From contig CAWDML010000001.1 in assembly GCA_963803435.1 (NCBI GenBank), forward strand, positions 1,920,001-1,984,000: a DNA stretch of 64,000 bases, given 5' to 3'. The notes beneath the pieces were generated by a model. That model was not told the DNA's origin. It ran no database searches and saw only the letters and a list, made by a program, of their open reading frames with translations. The position numbers were made by a program, and so were the translations under genes. Origin of the DNA: an uncultured delta proteobacterium (GTDB lineage: Bacteria > Myxococcota > Kuafuiibacteriia > Kuafuiibacteriales > Kuafuiibacteriaceae). Below, one piece after another: positions 39,198 through 48,494 of the stretch; positions within the stretch are counted from its first letter, which is position 1; the number at the start of each line of letters is the position of its first letter.

Positions 39198-42094
39198 GAG
39201 ATCGGGGGGAGCATCTCTTCGACGACCCGCCAGGCGCGCTCGAAGCGGCCCTCGAGGGCGGCGTCACCGTCCAGCGGCACCAGCTCTTCGATCCCGAGGT
39301 GCTCGACGAGACGGTCCGCGAACGCGTGGAAGCTCGCCGTGACACCCCGATCGTCGACGTGGCTCTCGAGCGTCTGGTCCGTCCCGGGGAGATCGGAGAC
39401 GATATGGAGCACCGAGAGCCGTACGCTCTGACCGGCGAGCGCCTCGGCGAAGTGCTTGGCCTCCATCTCGACCGAGTCGTAGCCCGCGGCCGTCAGCGCC
39501 TTCACCACGGCCTCCGTCTCGACCAACGGTGAGCGCACCGTCGCCGTCTTCGCGAAGGGATGCTCTTCGAAGCGGGCGGCGCCGTCCCTCTTCACGGCGG
39601 CCCGGATCAGATCGTTCGGGTGCAGGCGCCCGTCGTAGCGGGTCGGGAGCATCTGGTCACCGACTGCGAGACCTTCGCCCAGGCCTCCGCAGGTCCCCAC
39701 GACGGTGACCTGTCGAATGTCGCGATCGACGATCGCCTTGCCGAGCGTGTGGGCCAGATCGCCGTACGGCATCCGCGTCACCAAAAGATGCTTCACCTGG
39801 CCGGACGCGTTCTTGTAGCTGAACATCGCCTGATCGAGGAACTCGCCCTGTTGGGGGCGCTGCAGGCGATCCGAGCTGCCGGTCTTCAGCTCCCCGTCCT
39901 GAAACAGGCTGGTGAGCTCGGTGACCCGGACGTGCGCCGCCGCCACCGCGGCGAGCTTCGCCTCGAGCTCCAGCACCGCGTCCACCTGGGCCTGGCGCTT
40001 GAAGACGCTCCGCCGGTCGGCGCCCGACAGGATCTCGGGGAGGAACACGCCGTCGAGAGCGCTGGCGGCGTTCCGGTACGCGCGGGCCGCCGGTCCCGGG
40101 AGACGGTCCGCGCGACGCTCGATCTTCCGCTTCAGCGTCTGAACCGGATCCGGCCCCATGCGCAGCAACCGTCCAAACTTCTCCGCAGCCCGATGGCGGC
40201 CGATCAATTCCTTTCGCATCCCGTTGACGAACCCGACGACCACGGTGTCGGGCACGCGGTTGCTGGCCAGGAGCGCGCGGCTGTACTTGCGATAGATCTC
40301 CACCTCCCCGCGGACGGGATGAAGGTGCGTCTCCACCTGCTCGGACGAGAGCCCGCGACCCGAGACCTCCGCCAGCCGACAACGGTCCGGTCGGTCCGAT
40401 CCGATCGCCAGCCGCCAGAGCATCTGCATGTGGAAGATCCGATCGCTGCCGCTGATCTCGGTGAGCAGGTATCTGATCTCGCCGGTGTCGGGCGAGCGCG
40501 CGAGGAAGAGCTGGTTGAACTGATCCGACTTCGGGACGTGGATCCGGGATACCTCGGTAAAGCCGCGCCGAGCCAGCGACGCGAACGATTCGTCCTTTGA
40601 CGTCTGGTGAAATTCGACCACGCGCCTGTTGTCGAGCGCGTCCTCCACCACACCGTCCCAGACGCGCGTCTCGATGTAGCGATCCCGGTTGTGCATCGAG
40701 TGGGGTGCGTCGGGATCGAAGCGCGCAACACTCGGGTCGAAGCCTTTCACCACCTGCTCGATCGGTCCCGGCCCCGGCGGTGCGTGGATGGTCTGGACCT
40801 GACCGAGCGCATACATGTCTTCGAACTCGCGGCCGAACCGGTGGTGCGTGAGCAGGTCGCGAGCGCGCGCCACCGCCGCGGCGGCCGCCTCCGGATCCAG
40901 ACCGGCACGACGGAGGATCGCCTCCAGCTGGACCCAGCGATCGCCCGGCTCGACCTCGAGCGGCAGGTCGGCCAGGGCACGGCTGCAAGCCGCGCGCAGC
41001 GCTTGGTCGTCCTCGGCCTCGAGCGCGTGGATCGCCAGGCGAAGGCTGGCGCGCCGGCCCTCGCGGTTGAGGTGGCCCGTGAGGTCCGCCCACGTCTTCT
41101 CCGGATCGCCCAGGAGCGGCTCGAGCTGACGCTCGAGGCCCATCTCGACGATCGCTCGATCGAGCCCGGTGTCCCGGAGCGCGCGACGGATGCGATCCCG
41201 ATGGAGGCCCTGCTTCGACATCTTGAGCGCGGTGATCGCGACTTCGATGACGTCGCCCTCCACCGGCTGGCGCCCGGCCCGCTTGTGGGCTCGATACGCC
41301 TCGACCAGCCGCGTGAGATCGAGGCGGCCGTTGGAACCCCCAGCCTCCACCAGGCGCTCGAAGTACCGGGCCATCCGCGCGAGCGTGCCGTTGCGGCGAG
41401 CCACCTCCATCTCGCGACGGATGTGGGCGGTCGTCTCGGGGCTGAGCCGGAGAGACGGGTAGCGATTGAGCAGCTTGAGCGCGCGGAACGCGTGGCTCGG
41501 CCGATGGCTGAAGCGGAAGTCATCCGGAAAAAGGTGGATCCGGCCGGCGGCCAGATCGTCGAGACCCCGTCCCGAGGAGTCGTACACGTCACCGCGGTTC
41601 GTCAGGCCGATCTTGTCGATGGTCGCGCCGCGATCGGCTCCGAAGGGCCGCGGCTTCGAGAGGTCCGCGGCCCAGTCGAGCTTGTGCGCCGCCCCTAATT
41701 CCAGCCCCACCTCCTGTTTGAACGCGGCGGCCTGCGGATGATCCCCCTCGAAGATCAGATCGAGATCCGACGCCGGCGAGCGCTCCTCACCGAGCAGCAG
41801 ATCCCGCGCGGTGCCGCCGTAGACGCCCCACGTGATGCCGTAGCGTGAAGCGATGGTCTCGATCGCGCGGAGGGTCGGATCTGCCTCGAAGAACGGCGCG
41901 CCCCCCAGCACCGAAAACGACTGGAGCGCCGCTCGGGCCCGGGCGGGGTCGAGCGCGTAGTCGCTCCACCCCAGCCGTCGCACCGACGACGCGCGCGTCT
42001 CGGGCAGAGGGGGGCTCGGCGCAGGGGACGCCGCCGGTGCCGGGGAACCCGGACGGAGGTCGTGTCCGGACCCGCGCCGGATCAGAGAGACCAT
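39161..42094 (-). CDS. Multidomain protein: class II (CCA/PAP-like) nucleotidyltransferase head plus nucleoside phosphorylase (PNP/UDP) domain
   Basis: YGGTARDLLLG..SDLDL, GLDDLAAGRI, FRAL; C-terminal VGTCGGL..LAVGD, VEMEA, IVSDLPG. Confidence 0.78.
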   Translation of the reverse strand: MVSLIRRGSGHDLRPGSPAPAASPAPSPPLPETRASSVRRLGWSDYALDPARARAALQSFSVLGGAPFFEADPTLRAIETIASRYGITWGVYGGTARDLLLGEERSPASDLDLIFEGDHPQAAAFKQEVGLELGAAHKLDWAADLSKPRPFGADRGATIDKIGLTNRGDVYDSSGRGLDDLAAGRIHLFPDDFRFSHRPSHAFRALKLLNRYPSLRLSPETTAHIRREMEVARRNGTLARMARYFERLVEAGGSNGRLDLTRLVEAYRAHKRAGRQPVEGDVIEVAITALKMSKQGLHRDRIRRALRDTGLDRAIVEMGLERQLEPLLGDPEKTWADLTGHLNREGRRASLRLAIHALEAEDDQALRAACSRALADLPLEVEPGDRWVQLEAILRRAGLDPEAAAAAVARARDLLTHHRFGREFEDMYALGQVQTIHAPPGPGPIEQVVKGFDPSVARFDPDAPHSMHNRDRYIETRVWDGVVEDALDNRRVVEFHQTSKDESFASLARRGFTEVSRIHVPKSDQFNQLFLARSPDTGEIRYLLTEISGSDRIFHMQMLWRLAIGSDRPDRCRLAEVSGRGLSSEQVETHLHPVRGEVEIYRKYSRALLASNRVPDTVVVGFVNGMRKELIGRHRAAEKFGRLLRMGPDPVQTLKRKIERRADRLPGPAARAYRNAASALDGVFLPEILSGADRRSVFKRQAQVDAVLELEAKLAAVAAAHVRVTELTSLFQDGELKTGSSDRLQRPQQGEFLDQAMFSYKNASGQVKHLLVTRMPYGDLAHTLGKAIVDRDIRQVTVVGTCGGLGEGLAVGDQMLPTRYDGRLHPNDLIRAAVKRDGAARFEEHPFAKTATVRSPLVETEAVVKALTAAGYDSVEMEAKHFAEALAGQSVRLSVLHIVSDLPGTDQTLESHVDDRGVTASFHAFADRLVEHLGIEELVPLDGDAALEGRFERAWRVVEEMLPPISWAPSTRSCATT

Positions 42095-42100
42095 GAGCTT

Positions 42101-42127
42101 GTATCGGTCTGTCTCCGAGCAGGTTTC
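42101..42127 (-). promoter_or_regulatory. Sigma28 (FliA/WhiG)-like promoter
   Basis: GAAA-N15-ACCGATAC, 6 nt before ATG 42094; consensus is TAAA-N15-GCCGATAA. Confidence 0.45.
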
Positions 42128-42168
42128 GAGAAACGGTCCGGTGAGGATTGCCCGTTACAGGGGCGGTT

Positions 42169-42864
42169 TCACTTGCGCTCGCCGTTGCGACTGACGCGGG
42201 CGTGCGCCACCGGCGCCTCCAGGTCGACGAACGGATGGCCCGTGTCCCGCTCGAGCTGCTCCAGCCAGACGCGGTACAGCGGCCGCAGCGCCACCGGTAC
42301 CCGCAGCTCGAGCGCCACCGCCGCGTCGGGATCCGACACCAGCGTTCGCACGGCCTCCATGTGGAGGAGCCGCGAGTGGAACGGATCGCTCAAGCGCACC
42401 AGGAAACGGCCGGACATGATCTCGGGCGGCGTGTCCGCCGGGACCAGCTCGAAGTCGACGCCGGCCTCCTCCATCGACGCACGCGCCTTCGGGGGCGCGT
42501 GGTGGGGGATGTGGATCCGCAGCATCAGGTCGAGCGCGTCCGAGCTGGCGGCGTCGAGCGCTTCGGCCTCGATCGGTCCGTGGTGCTTCACCACCAGCTT
42601 GCGATGGAGCGCGGTCAGGCGCCTTCGCTCCTCGTCGTCGAGGATGCAGACCTCGAAGTAGGCGTGCAGCTTCTCGAGCGCGGTTCGCGAAGACCTCAGA
42701 CGCTCGACGATCCGATCCGAGGAGCGCACCAGCGGCGGTCCGAAGCCCACCTGATAGCTGGCGATCCACGCGTGCGCGAAGGCCTCCTGGAGGAGATGGG
42801 GGAGATCTCTCCGGCGCTCGCCCAGGATCGCAAACGACGACTCGAGGTTCGTCTTGGCGATCAT
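42169..42864 (-). CDS. Hypothetical protein
   Basis: 231-aa ORF coupled to the upstream gene by a TGATG overlap. Confidence 0.65.
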   Translation of the reverse strand: MIAKTNLESSFAILGERRRDLPHLLQEAFAHAWIASYQVGFGPPLVRSSDRIVERLRSSRTALEKLHAYFEVCILDDEERRRLTALHRKLVVKHHGPIEAEALDAASSDALDLMLRIHIPHHAPPKARASMEEAGVDFELVPADTPPEIMSGRFLVRLSDPFHSRLLHMEAVRTLVSDPDAAVALELRVPVALRPLYRVWLEQLERDTGHPFVDLEAPVAHARVSRNGERK

Positions 42865-44330
42865 CAGAAGGTCTTCTTCTGCCCCGAGATCGTCACGTAG
42901 GAGAGCACCTGGAGCTGCATGTCACCGATCAGCGCCGCCGCCACCATCCCGGCCTCGCGGAGCCCGTCGGGATCCGACTGACCATGCGCGAACTTGATGT
43001 GGGTCGGATCGGCGATGTCCTGTCCGAACGTCGGGTCCATCGCGATCCACTCCTTCCCCGTCCAGATCTCCACCCACTCGTGATAGCCGAACACGTGGCG
43101 CGGCCCGCCCACGTAGACCAGACCGGTGGCGAGGCGCGTCGGGATGCCCGCGATCTTGGCGAGCGCGGAGAACAGCACCGCGTGCTCGGTGCAGTCGCCC
43201 TCCTGGGTGTCGAGGGCCTCAATCGCAGAGGCGAACGCCCGCGCCAGGCTCTTGTTCTCGATGTGCTTGTAGACGAAGCCGTTGATCTTCTTCGCCGCCT
43301 TCCACAGGTCCTTCTCGTCACCGACGACGTCCTGAACCGTCTTGACCAGCTTCTCGTCCTTGAGCGCCTCGTACGGTGTCTCCTTGAGGAACGTCCGCTT
43401 GTTTCGGATCGGCAGCTTGATCCCCTTCTTCGGCGGAGAGTCGGCCCGGATCACCAGCTCGACGAAGTCCTTCCCCTGCTTGGTCATCTTCTGGCGCGGC
43501 TCGCTGATGTACTTGGGGCGCTGGCCGTCCATGCTCTTGATCCGGACCTCGATCGTCTCGAGCTCGTCGCCTGTGGGGAGCGCGGCGGGGATCTCGAAGA
43601 GGGCCGAGTCGAAGATGTCGACGGTGGGCCCCATCGCGATCGCCTTCTCCTTGGTGGTCTCGGTGAACTCGGCGCCAATCCCGAGGAGCTCGGTCTTCCT
43701 GACGTGGCCGTCCGGCGCCACCAGCGCTCGGCTCTTGACCGGCCCGAGCTGCTCCTCGAGCACGAAGTCGTCGCCCTCCTTGCCGGTGATCGCCAACGAG
43801 TAGGGCTGGCGCTCCGCCTCGGCCTCGTCGATCGCCAGGCCCTTCTCCTTCTTGCCCACCTCGAGACCCGAGCCGATGAACAAGACCTCGAGGCTGGAGG
43901 CCAGCTTCACCGTCCCCTTCGCCAGGGAGATCTTCTCGTCGTGCTTGTCGCTCCCGACGGTCCGGGAGACCACGAAGACGTCGCCATCCCGATACCCCTC
44001 CACGTTCCGCTTCTCTCCGCCCTCGACGCGGGCGTGCTTGAAGCGCATCGGCGCGCCGTCCGGAGCGAACCAGGTGTCGGTGGTCGACTCCATCCGGATC
44101 ACGTCCTTCTGGCGGGTCACGACCACCACCGACCACCGGTTGAGGTGGATCGCAGGTTGCTCGTTGATCTCCGTGGGCTCGTCCTTCGCGAACAGGTAGC
44201 CGACCTTGTTGTTCTTGAACTTGAAGTCGTACCAGACCTCACGAGGTGTGACGTTGGGCTTCTCGATGTCCGCCCGGGCCGGCGAGGGCGCCAGCGCGAG
44301 GAGCATCGGAAGGAGGAGGAGGGCTCGCAT
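42864..44330 (-). CDS. Secreted transglutaminase-like domain protein
   Basis: Signal peptide; GDCTEHA, HEWVE and DPT catalytic triad motifs. Confidence 0.92.
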   Translation of the reverse strand: MRALLLLPMLLALAPSPARADIEKPNVTPREVWYDFKFKNNKVGYLFAKDEPTEINEQPAIHLNRWSVVVVTRQKDVIRMESTTDTWFAPDGAPMRFKHARVEGGEKRNVEGYRDGDVFVVSRTVGSDKHDEKISLAKGTVKLASSLEVLFIGSGLEVGKKEKGLAIDEAEAERQPYSLAITGKEGDDFVLEEQLGPVKSRALVAPDGHVRKTELLGIGAEFTETTKEKAIAMGPTVDIFDSALFEIPAALPTGDELETIEVRIKSMDGQRPKYISEPRQKMTKQGKDFVELVIRADSPPKKGIKLPIRNKRTFLKETPYEALKDEKLVKTVQDVVGDEKDLWKAAKKINGFVYKHIENKSLARAFASAIEALDTQEGDCTEHAVLFSALAKIAGIPTRLATGLVYVGGPRHVFGYHEWVEIWTGKEWIAMDPTFGQDIADPTHIKFAHGQSDPDGLREAGMVAAALIGDMQLQVLSYVTISGQKKTF

Positions 44331-44344
44331 CGGGCCCCACCGTA

Positions 44345-44962
44345 TCAAGCGGCTCTCCGCTTGCGCCACCACCAGACGACCAGGAGGGTTACGACCGCCG
44401 CCGCACCGAGCGAATAAATCACGGTCTTGTAGACGTGAAAGGCGTGCTCCATCTTCTCCGCGCTCTCCCCGACGGCCGTCCCCAGGCCGAGCACGGCGAG
44501 GGTCCAGCCCACGTTCGAGATGAGCCCGAAGGCCATCGTCTTGCCGATCGGGAGGCGGGCCACGCCGGCGGCGAAAAAAGTGACGGCCCGGACGCCCGGG
44601 AGAGCCCGGTTGATGGCGATCGCCCACATCCCGCGCTTGCGGAAGCCGACCATGAAGCGGTCGACGCGCCCCTTACCGAACAGGAGGTCGACCCAGCGCT
44701 CGCCCCGGAAGGTGCCGTCGGGGCGTGAGAGCAGGTGGCCGATCCCGTAGTGGATGAGCGCACCGGTGGCGCCGCCGGCGACCGCGACCACCGCCACCAC
44801 CGGGAAAGGCTGGATGCCGGCGATGATGAGGAGGGAGGAGGCCAGCAGGATCGAGTCTGCCGGCAGCGGTGGGACCAGGTACTCGAGGCACGCCGCGGCG
44901 TACACGGCGAAGAGGGTCCAGGGCCCGTGGTTCTCGCGGACGAACTGGAGCAGCGTCTCCAA
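44345..44962 (-). CDS. DedA family membrane protein
   Basis: EYLVPPLPAD, GALIHYGIG and NRALPGVR. Confidence 0.9.
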   Translation of the reverse strand: METLLQFVRENHGPWTLFAVYAAACLEYLVPPLPADSILLASSLLIIAGIQPFPVVAVVAVAGGATGALIHYGIGHLLSRPDGTFRGERWVDLLFGKGRVDRFMVGFRKRGMWAIAINRALPGVRAVTFFAAGVARLPIGKTMAFGLISNVGWTLAVLGLGTAVGESAEKMEHAFHVYKTVIYSLGAAAVVTLLVVWWWRKRRAA

Positions 44963-46294
44963 TCAGGGCTCCCGCCCGACGGTGCGACCGAGGAGCCGAT
45001 CGAGCCGCGCCGGATCCATCGCGATCAAGATCGTCTTGCCTCGGGCGACGCTGACACGACCGGGGGGGTCACCTTTCGTCTTCCGCACATACCGGGCCTC
45101 GGTCGTGATCACCTCGACCTTCGCGTCGTTCTTCGCCGACGAGTAGAACGCGGCCAGGTGCGCCGCGTCCAGCACCGCCTCCAGATCCGGCGACCGCCCC
45201 TTCTCCGTTCGCAGCACGACGTGCGCCCCGGCCGTACCGCGCGCGTGCAGCCACAGATCGTGGCCGCGCGCCCCGTTGAGGGTGAGGCGATCATTCTCGG
45301 CGGCGCCCCGTCCCACCCGGATCTCGCTCCCGTCCTTGGCGATGAAGCGTCTCGACCATCGATCGATCGGCTTCTTCTTCTCGGACTTCTCGCCGCGCTC
45401 CGCTTCGATCCGCTCGGACGCGGAGGCCGAGCGTGCGGCGAGCTGCTGGAGCGCATCGCCGGTGGCGTCCCCGATGCGCGCCTTCTCCCGCGCGATGTCG
45501 TCCAGCTGGGCGGTCACCTCGGCGAGACGCCGCGACACGATCGGTGATCCGCGGGCGGCCTTCTTCGCACGCGCGAAGTAGCGCTCCATGTTCGCCTTCG
45601 CTGAGAGCGCGGGATCGAGCCGCACGGTCACGGGTGCGCCCGTGCTCCAATCGGCGGCCTCGATCGCGCGCGCGCCCTTCGGCACGCGGTGGAGCATCGA
45701 CTTGAGGCGCTCGCCGTGACCGCCTTCGGCCTCCATCCGTGCCAGCTTGTCGCGGTCGCCGGTCAGGTTCTGGGCCAGGCGCTGCAGCTTCTTCTCTCGC
45801 TTGAGCAAGCCGCTCAAAAGGCTCGCTTTCAGCCGGTTCTCGGCCTCTGTTGGGCCGATCCGGTCGAGCTCGACCGCCCGCTGCTCGGACAAGGGGAAGC
45901 GATCAGGAACCGGGCCGGGTTCGGGCATCGCCCGCCCGCTCGGCGGGAGGAAACGAAACGGGTTCTTCCGCCCCGCCAGGTCGATCTCGAGCCCGCCGTC
46001 GCCGACGTCAATCCGCACGGCGCGGCCGTCGTAGGCGAGATCGATCAGCGGCTTGCCCTCGAGACGCTCGCGCAGGGTCCGCTGGGTCGAGCCGCCCGGG
46101 ACCGTGCGCGGCGGTCGCTCATCCACGAGGTGCACGCGACCGAGGTCCGCGCTCACGAGCAACAACAAGGTTCGACCGGGGACGCGGATCGCAAACACGA
46201 CCGATCGATCGTCGACGCGATCGATCTTCTGCACGCGACCGCCGAGCAGAGGACGAAGCTCGGTGATCACGTCGTGAATCGCATCGGGCTTCAT
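44963..46294 (-). CDS. NFACT family (RqcH/FbpA-like) protein
   Basis: LGGRVQKI, LDPALSAKANMERYF, VGRGAAENDRLT, DLWLHARGTAGAHV and AAHLAAFYS. Confidence 0.92.
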   Translation of the reverse strand: MKPDAIHDVITELRPLLGGRVQKIDRVDDRSVVFAIRVPGRTLLLLVSADLGRVHLVDERPPRTVPGGSTQRTLRERLEGKPLIDLAYDGRAVRIDVGDGGLEIDLAGRKNPFRFLPPSGRAMPEPGPVPDRFPLSEQRAVELDRIGPTEAENRLKASLLSGLLKREKKLQRLAQNLTGDRDKLARMEAEGGHGERLKSMLHRVPKGARAIEAADWSTGAPVTVRLDPALSAKANMERYFARAKKAARGSPIVSRRLAEVTAQLDDIAREKARIGDATGDALQQLAARSASASERIEAERGEKSEKKKPIDRWSRRFIAKDGSEIRVGRGAAENDRLTLNGARGHDLWLHARGTAGAHVVLRTEKGRSPDLEAVLDAAHLAAFYSSAKNDAKVEVITTEARYVRKTKGDPPGRVSVARGKTILIAMDPARLDRLLGRTVGREP

Positions 46295-46298
46295 CTCC

Positions 46299-46339
46299 AA
46301 AAAACGAACGGCCCGCACCTCGAATCCGAGGGCGGGCCG
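46299..46339 (-). terminator. Rho-independent terminator of the histone-like gene
   Basis: CGGCCCGC(A)CCTCG-AATC-CGAGGGCGGGCCG hairpin followed on the minus strand by TTCGTTTTTT. Confidence 0.75.
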
Positions 46340-46367
46340 ATTTCACTCACGAAGGACCTGAGCGAGC

Positions 46368-46604
46368 TTAGGCCTTCTTCTTCTTGCGACGGCGCTTTCC
46401 CTTCTTCTTCGTTGCCGCCCCGCCTTCTGCAGGCGCGGCAGCAGATGCCTTCTTCTTGGCCTTCTTGCGACGCTTCTTGGCGGCCTTCTTCTTGGTGGCC
46501 TTCTTCTTGGTAGCCTTCTTCGTCGCTGCCTTCTTCTTGCCGCCGCGCTTCTTCTTGCCGCCGGCCTTCTTGGTGGTCGTCTTCTTTTTCTTTCTGGTAG
46601 CCAT
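46368..46604 (-). CDS. Lys-rich histone H1-like nucleoid protein
   Basis: 78 aa with KKAT/KKAA repeats; own promoter, AGAGG RBS and terminator. Confidence 0.85.
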   Translation of the reverse strand: MATRKKKKTTTKKAGGKKKRGGKKKAATKKATKKKATKKKAAKKRRKKAKKKASAAAPAEGGAATKKKGKRRRKKKKA

Positions 46605-46646
46605 CCGTAACCTCTCTTGCGCCTTCTGGAGGCGAAGTTGACCTGA

Positions 46647-46675
46647 AATGTACGAATGCCCAGGCGCGATGTCAA
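46647..46675 (-). promoter_or_regulatory. Sigma70 promoter of the histone-like gene
   Basis: TTGACA-N17-TACATT. Confidence 0.8.
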
Positions 46676-46698
46676 CAAGCCGAACCGTGTCGCGTCGC

Positions 46699-47145
46699 GA
46701 TCGAGCACCGATCGATCGCGAACCGCGATCGATCCGCGCGTTCGATCCGCGCCTCGATCGCGCATCGATCGTGGTTCGTGACGAGCGATCGCGCGCCCGC
46801 GATTTCGGATCTTCGCGATCTGTCGCATCTCGAATTCTGTTTTAAAAATGGGCTTTCGATGCTGAATTTGGATCGTGTCAACTTCGTTGTCAGCGCTCGG
46901 GATCGATCCTTCGAACACCGAGATCGATCGAGCGTCGGTCGCGCGATCGATGATGTCGTACCTGTTCGGCGCCCGTGCTCGACGGTCTCGATCGGGATCG
47001 AATTTTTTCGATCGTCGGGCGCCGCGGGTGGCCGAGATCACCACCCGACGGCGTCCGATCCGATCGCCCGCGCGCTGGGATCGGGGAGCCCGATCCGAGC
47101 GCGAGCGCACGGTGAACGATCGAAACGATCCGCGCGCGCGCGATC
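46699..47145. repeat. Non-coding GATC/CGATCG-dense island with AT-rich core
   Basis: 28 GATC counted by eye in ~450 bp; no convincing ORF. Confidence 0.8.
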
Positions 47146-47220
47146 CGCGCGTGCGCGGGATGGCGCCAGCGTCGGTCGCGAGCGCGCGCCGCGCGAACGG
47201 GGTGCGAAGGATGGCGCGGT

Positions 47221-47868
47221 CTAGATACGGGCGCGGTGGCCGGTGAGAACGACGAGGGTGTATCCGTCGGGTTCCTCAAGCAAATCGAGGTGATAGTGCG
47301 TCGATAGCCGGTCCGCGATCGCCGCCACCGGAGACATGCGAGGGGCGATCGACAGCCCGAACGCGCGGCCGTCGATCCCGATCGAGACGCGGGTCCCGGC
47401 CGCCGCGTGCACACCGATCCGAAGGACGCCGCGACCGATCCGTTTCACCAACCAGCGCTCGGTGGCGCGGGCCCAGTCGATCTCGACGCAGCCGACGGGG
47501 AGCGGTGCAGCCCGGCGGAGCGCGCGCGTCGCCCGGTGATTGCGGCGGACCACGGCTTCCCGCAAGATCACCGCGATCGCGGTCCCCTTCGCCAGCGTAT
47601 TGCCAGGATCGACCCATTCCGGCGCAATCTCGCCGGTCGACGCTGGCGTCTCGGCCGGGGCCTCCTCGCCGTCGCCGCCGCGCGGCCGGCCGAGCCGATG
47701 CCGCCGGAGGACCGGGACAGAGACCTCCGTGTCTCGCCGGCAGAGGTCGGCGAGCTCCTGCACCAAGGCGGAGTGCATCATTCCATGGCGCAGGACGGCC
47801 CATTCGGCACCCTCAGGGCTGCCGAAAGGTAGGACACCTGCGTACGATGGGTATCGGCGCCGGATCAC
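47221..47868 (-). CDS. Hypothetical protein (start uncertain)
   Basis: Plausible composition from MMHSALVQELADLC onward. Confidence 0.5.
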   Translation of the reverse strand: MIRRRYPSYAGVLPFGSPEGAEWAVLRHGMMHSALVQELADLCRRDTEVSVPVLRRHRLGRPRGGDGEEAPAETPASTGEIAPEWVDPGNTLAKGTAIAVILREAVVRRNHRATRALRRAAPLPVGCVEIDWARATERWLVKRIGRGVLRIGVHAAAGTRVSIGIDGRAFGLSIAPRMSPVAAIADRLSTHYHLDLLEEPDGYTLVVLTGHRARI

Positions 47869-47936
47869 ATTCGTTGTGCGTCTTGGCGGCCCGCCCGACC
47901 GAAGGACTTACCCATCACACGCCCTCTAAACGCGCG

Positions 47937-48404
47937 GTGAGGCTCGGGCTTCTCGTGGGCTTCGCGGGCGCTGTCGCGGGCGTGTGGATCGGGCGCTGTG
48001 AGCGGGCCCCGTGGATGGGCGCGCTGCACCCGGTGGCGCGGGCCGACGGCCTCGAGCTGCGCCTCCATCTCGAGGGTCGATCGCCCGGCGACGAGCTCGG
48101 CCACCGCGTCGCCGGCGCCGGCAATCGCGATCGCGATCGCGATCGCGACGGGCGCAGCGACCTCATCGCCGGCGCGGCCCACGACCACGGCCACCGCTCG
48201 CGCGCGCGACGCGACGGACACGCGGATGTCATGGTGGGCGCGCCCGGACCTGGAAAGATGGCGTCGATCGGATCCTTCGCGTCGTCTCCGGGAAGGGCGG
48301 GACGCTCCTCGATCAGCGCTTCACGTTCGAGGCCTCACCCCCGCCGAGCCCCCTCTCCACGATCCGCTCGGCGCTTTCCGGCGCACGTGCGCTTCTGCCC
48401 CTGA
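47937..48404 (+). pseudogene. FG-GAP repeat protein remnant
   Basis: GDELGHRVAGAG..DGRSDLIAGA and DGHADVMVGAP; truncated and apparently frameshifted. Confidence 0.6.
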
Positions 48405-48494
48405 CCTTGCGGGCAGTTGAGGGCTTTTGCATACTCGCTCGGCTTGGAGGTCCAGCCGATCAGGGAGCGCGCGCGGCCCTCGGAGAAGCGCGCG

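Noticed and set aside
46699-47145. Canonical oriC
   Set aside because: No DnaA boxes seen and no dnaA/dnaN/parAB/gidA neighbours; kept only as an unexplained GATC island
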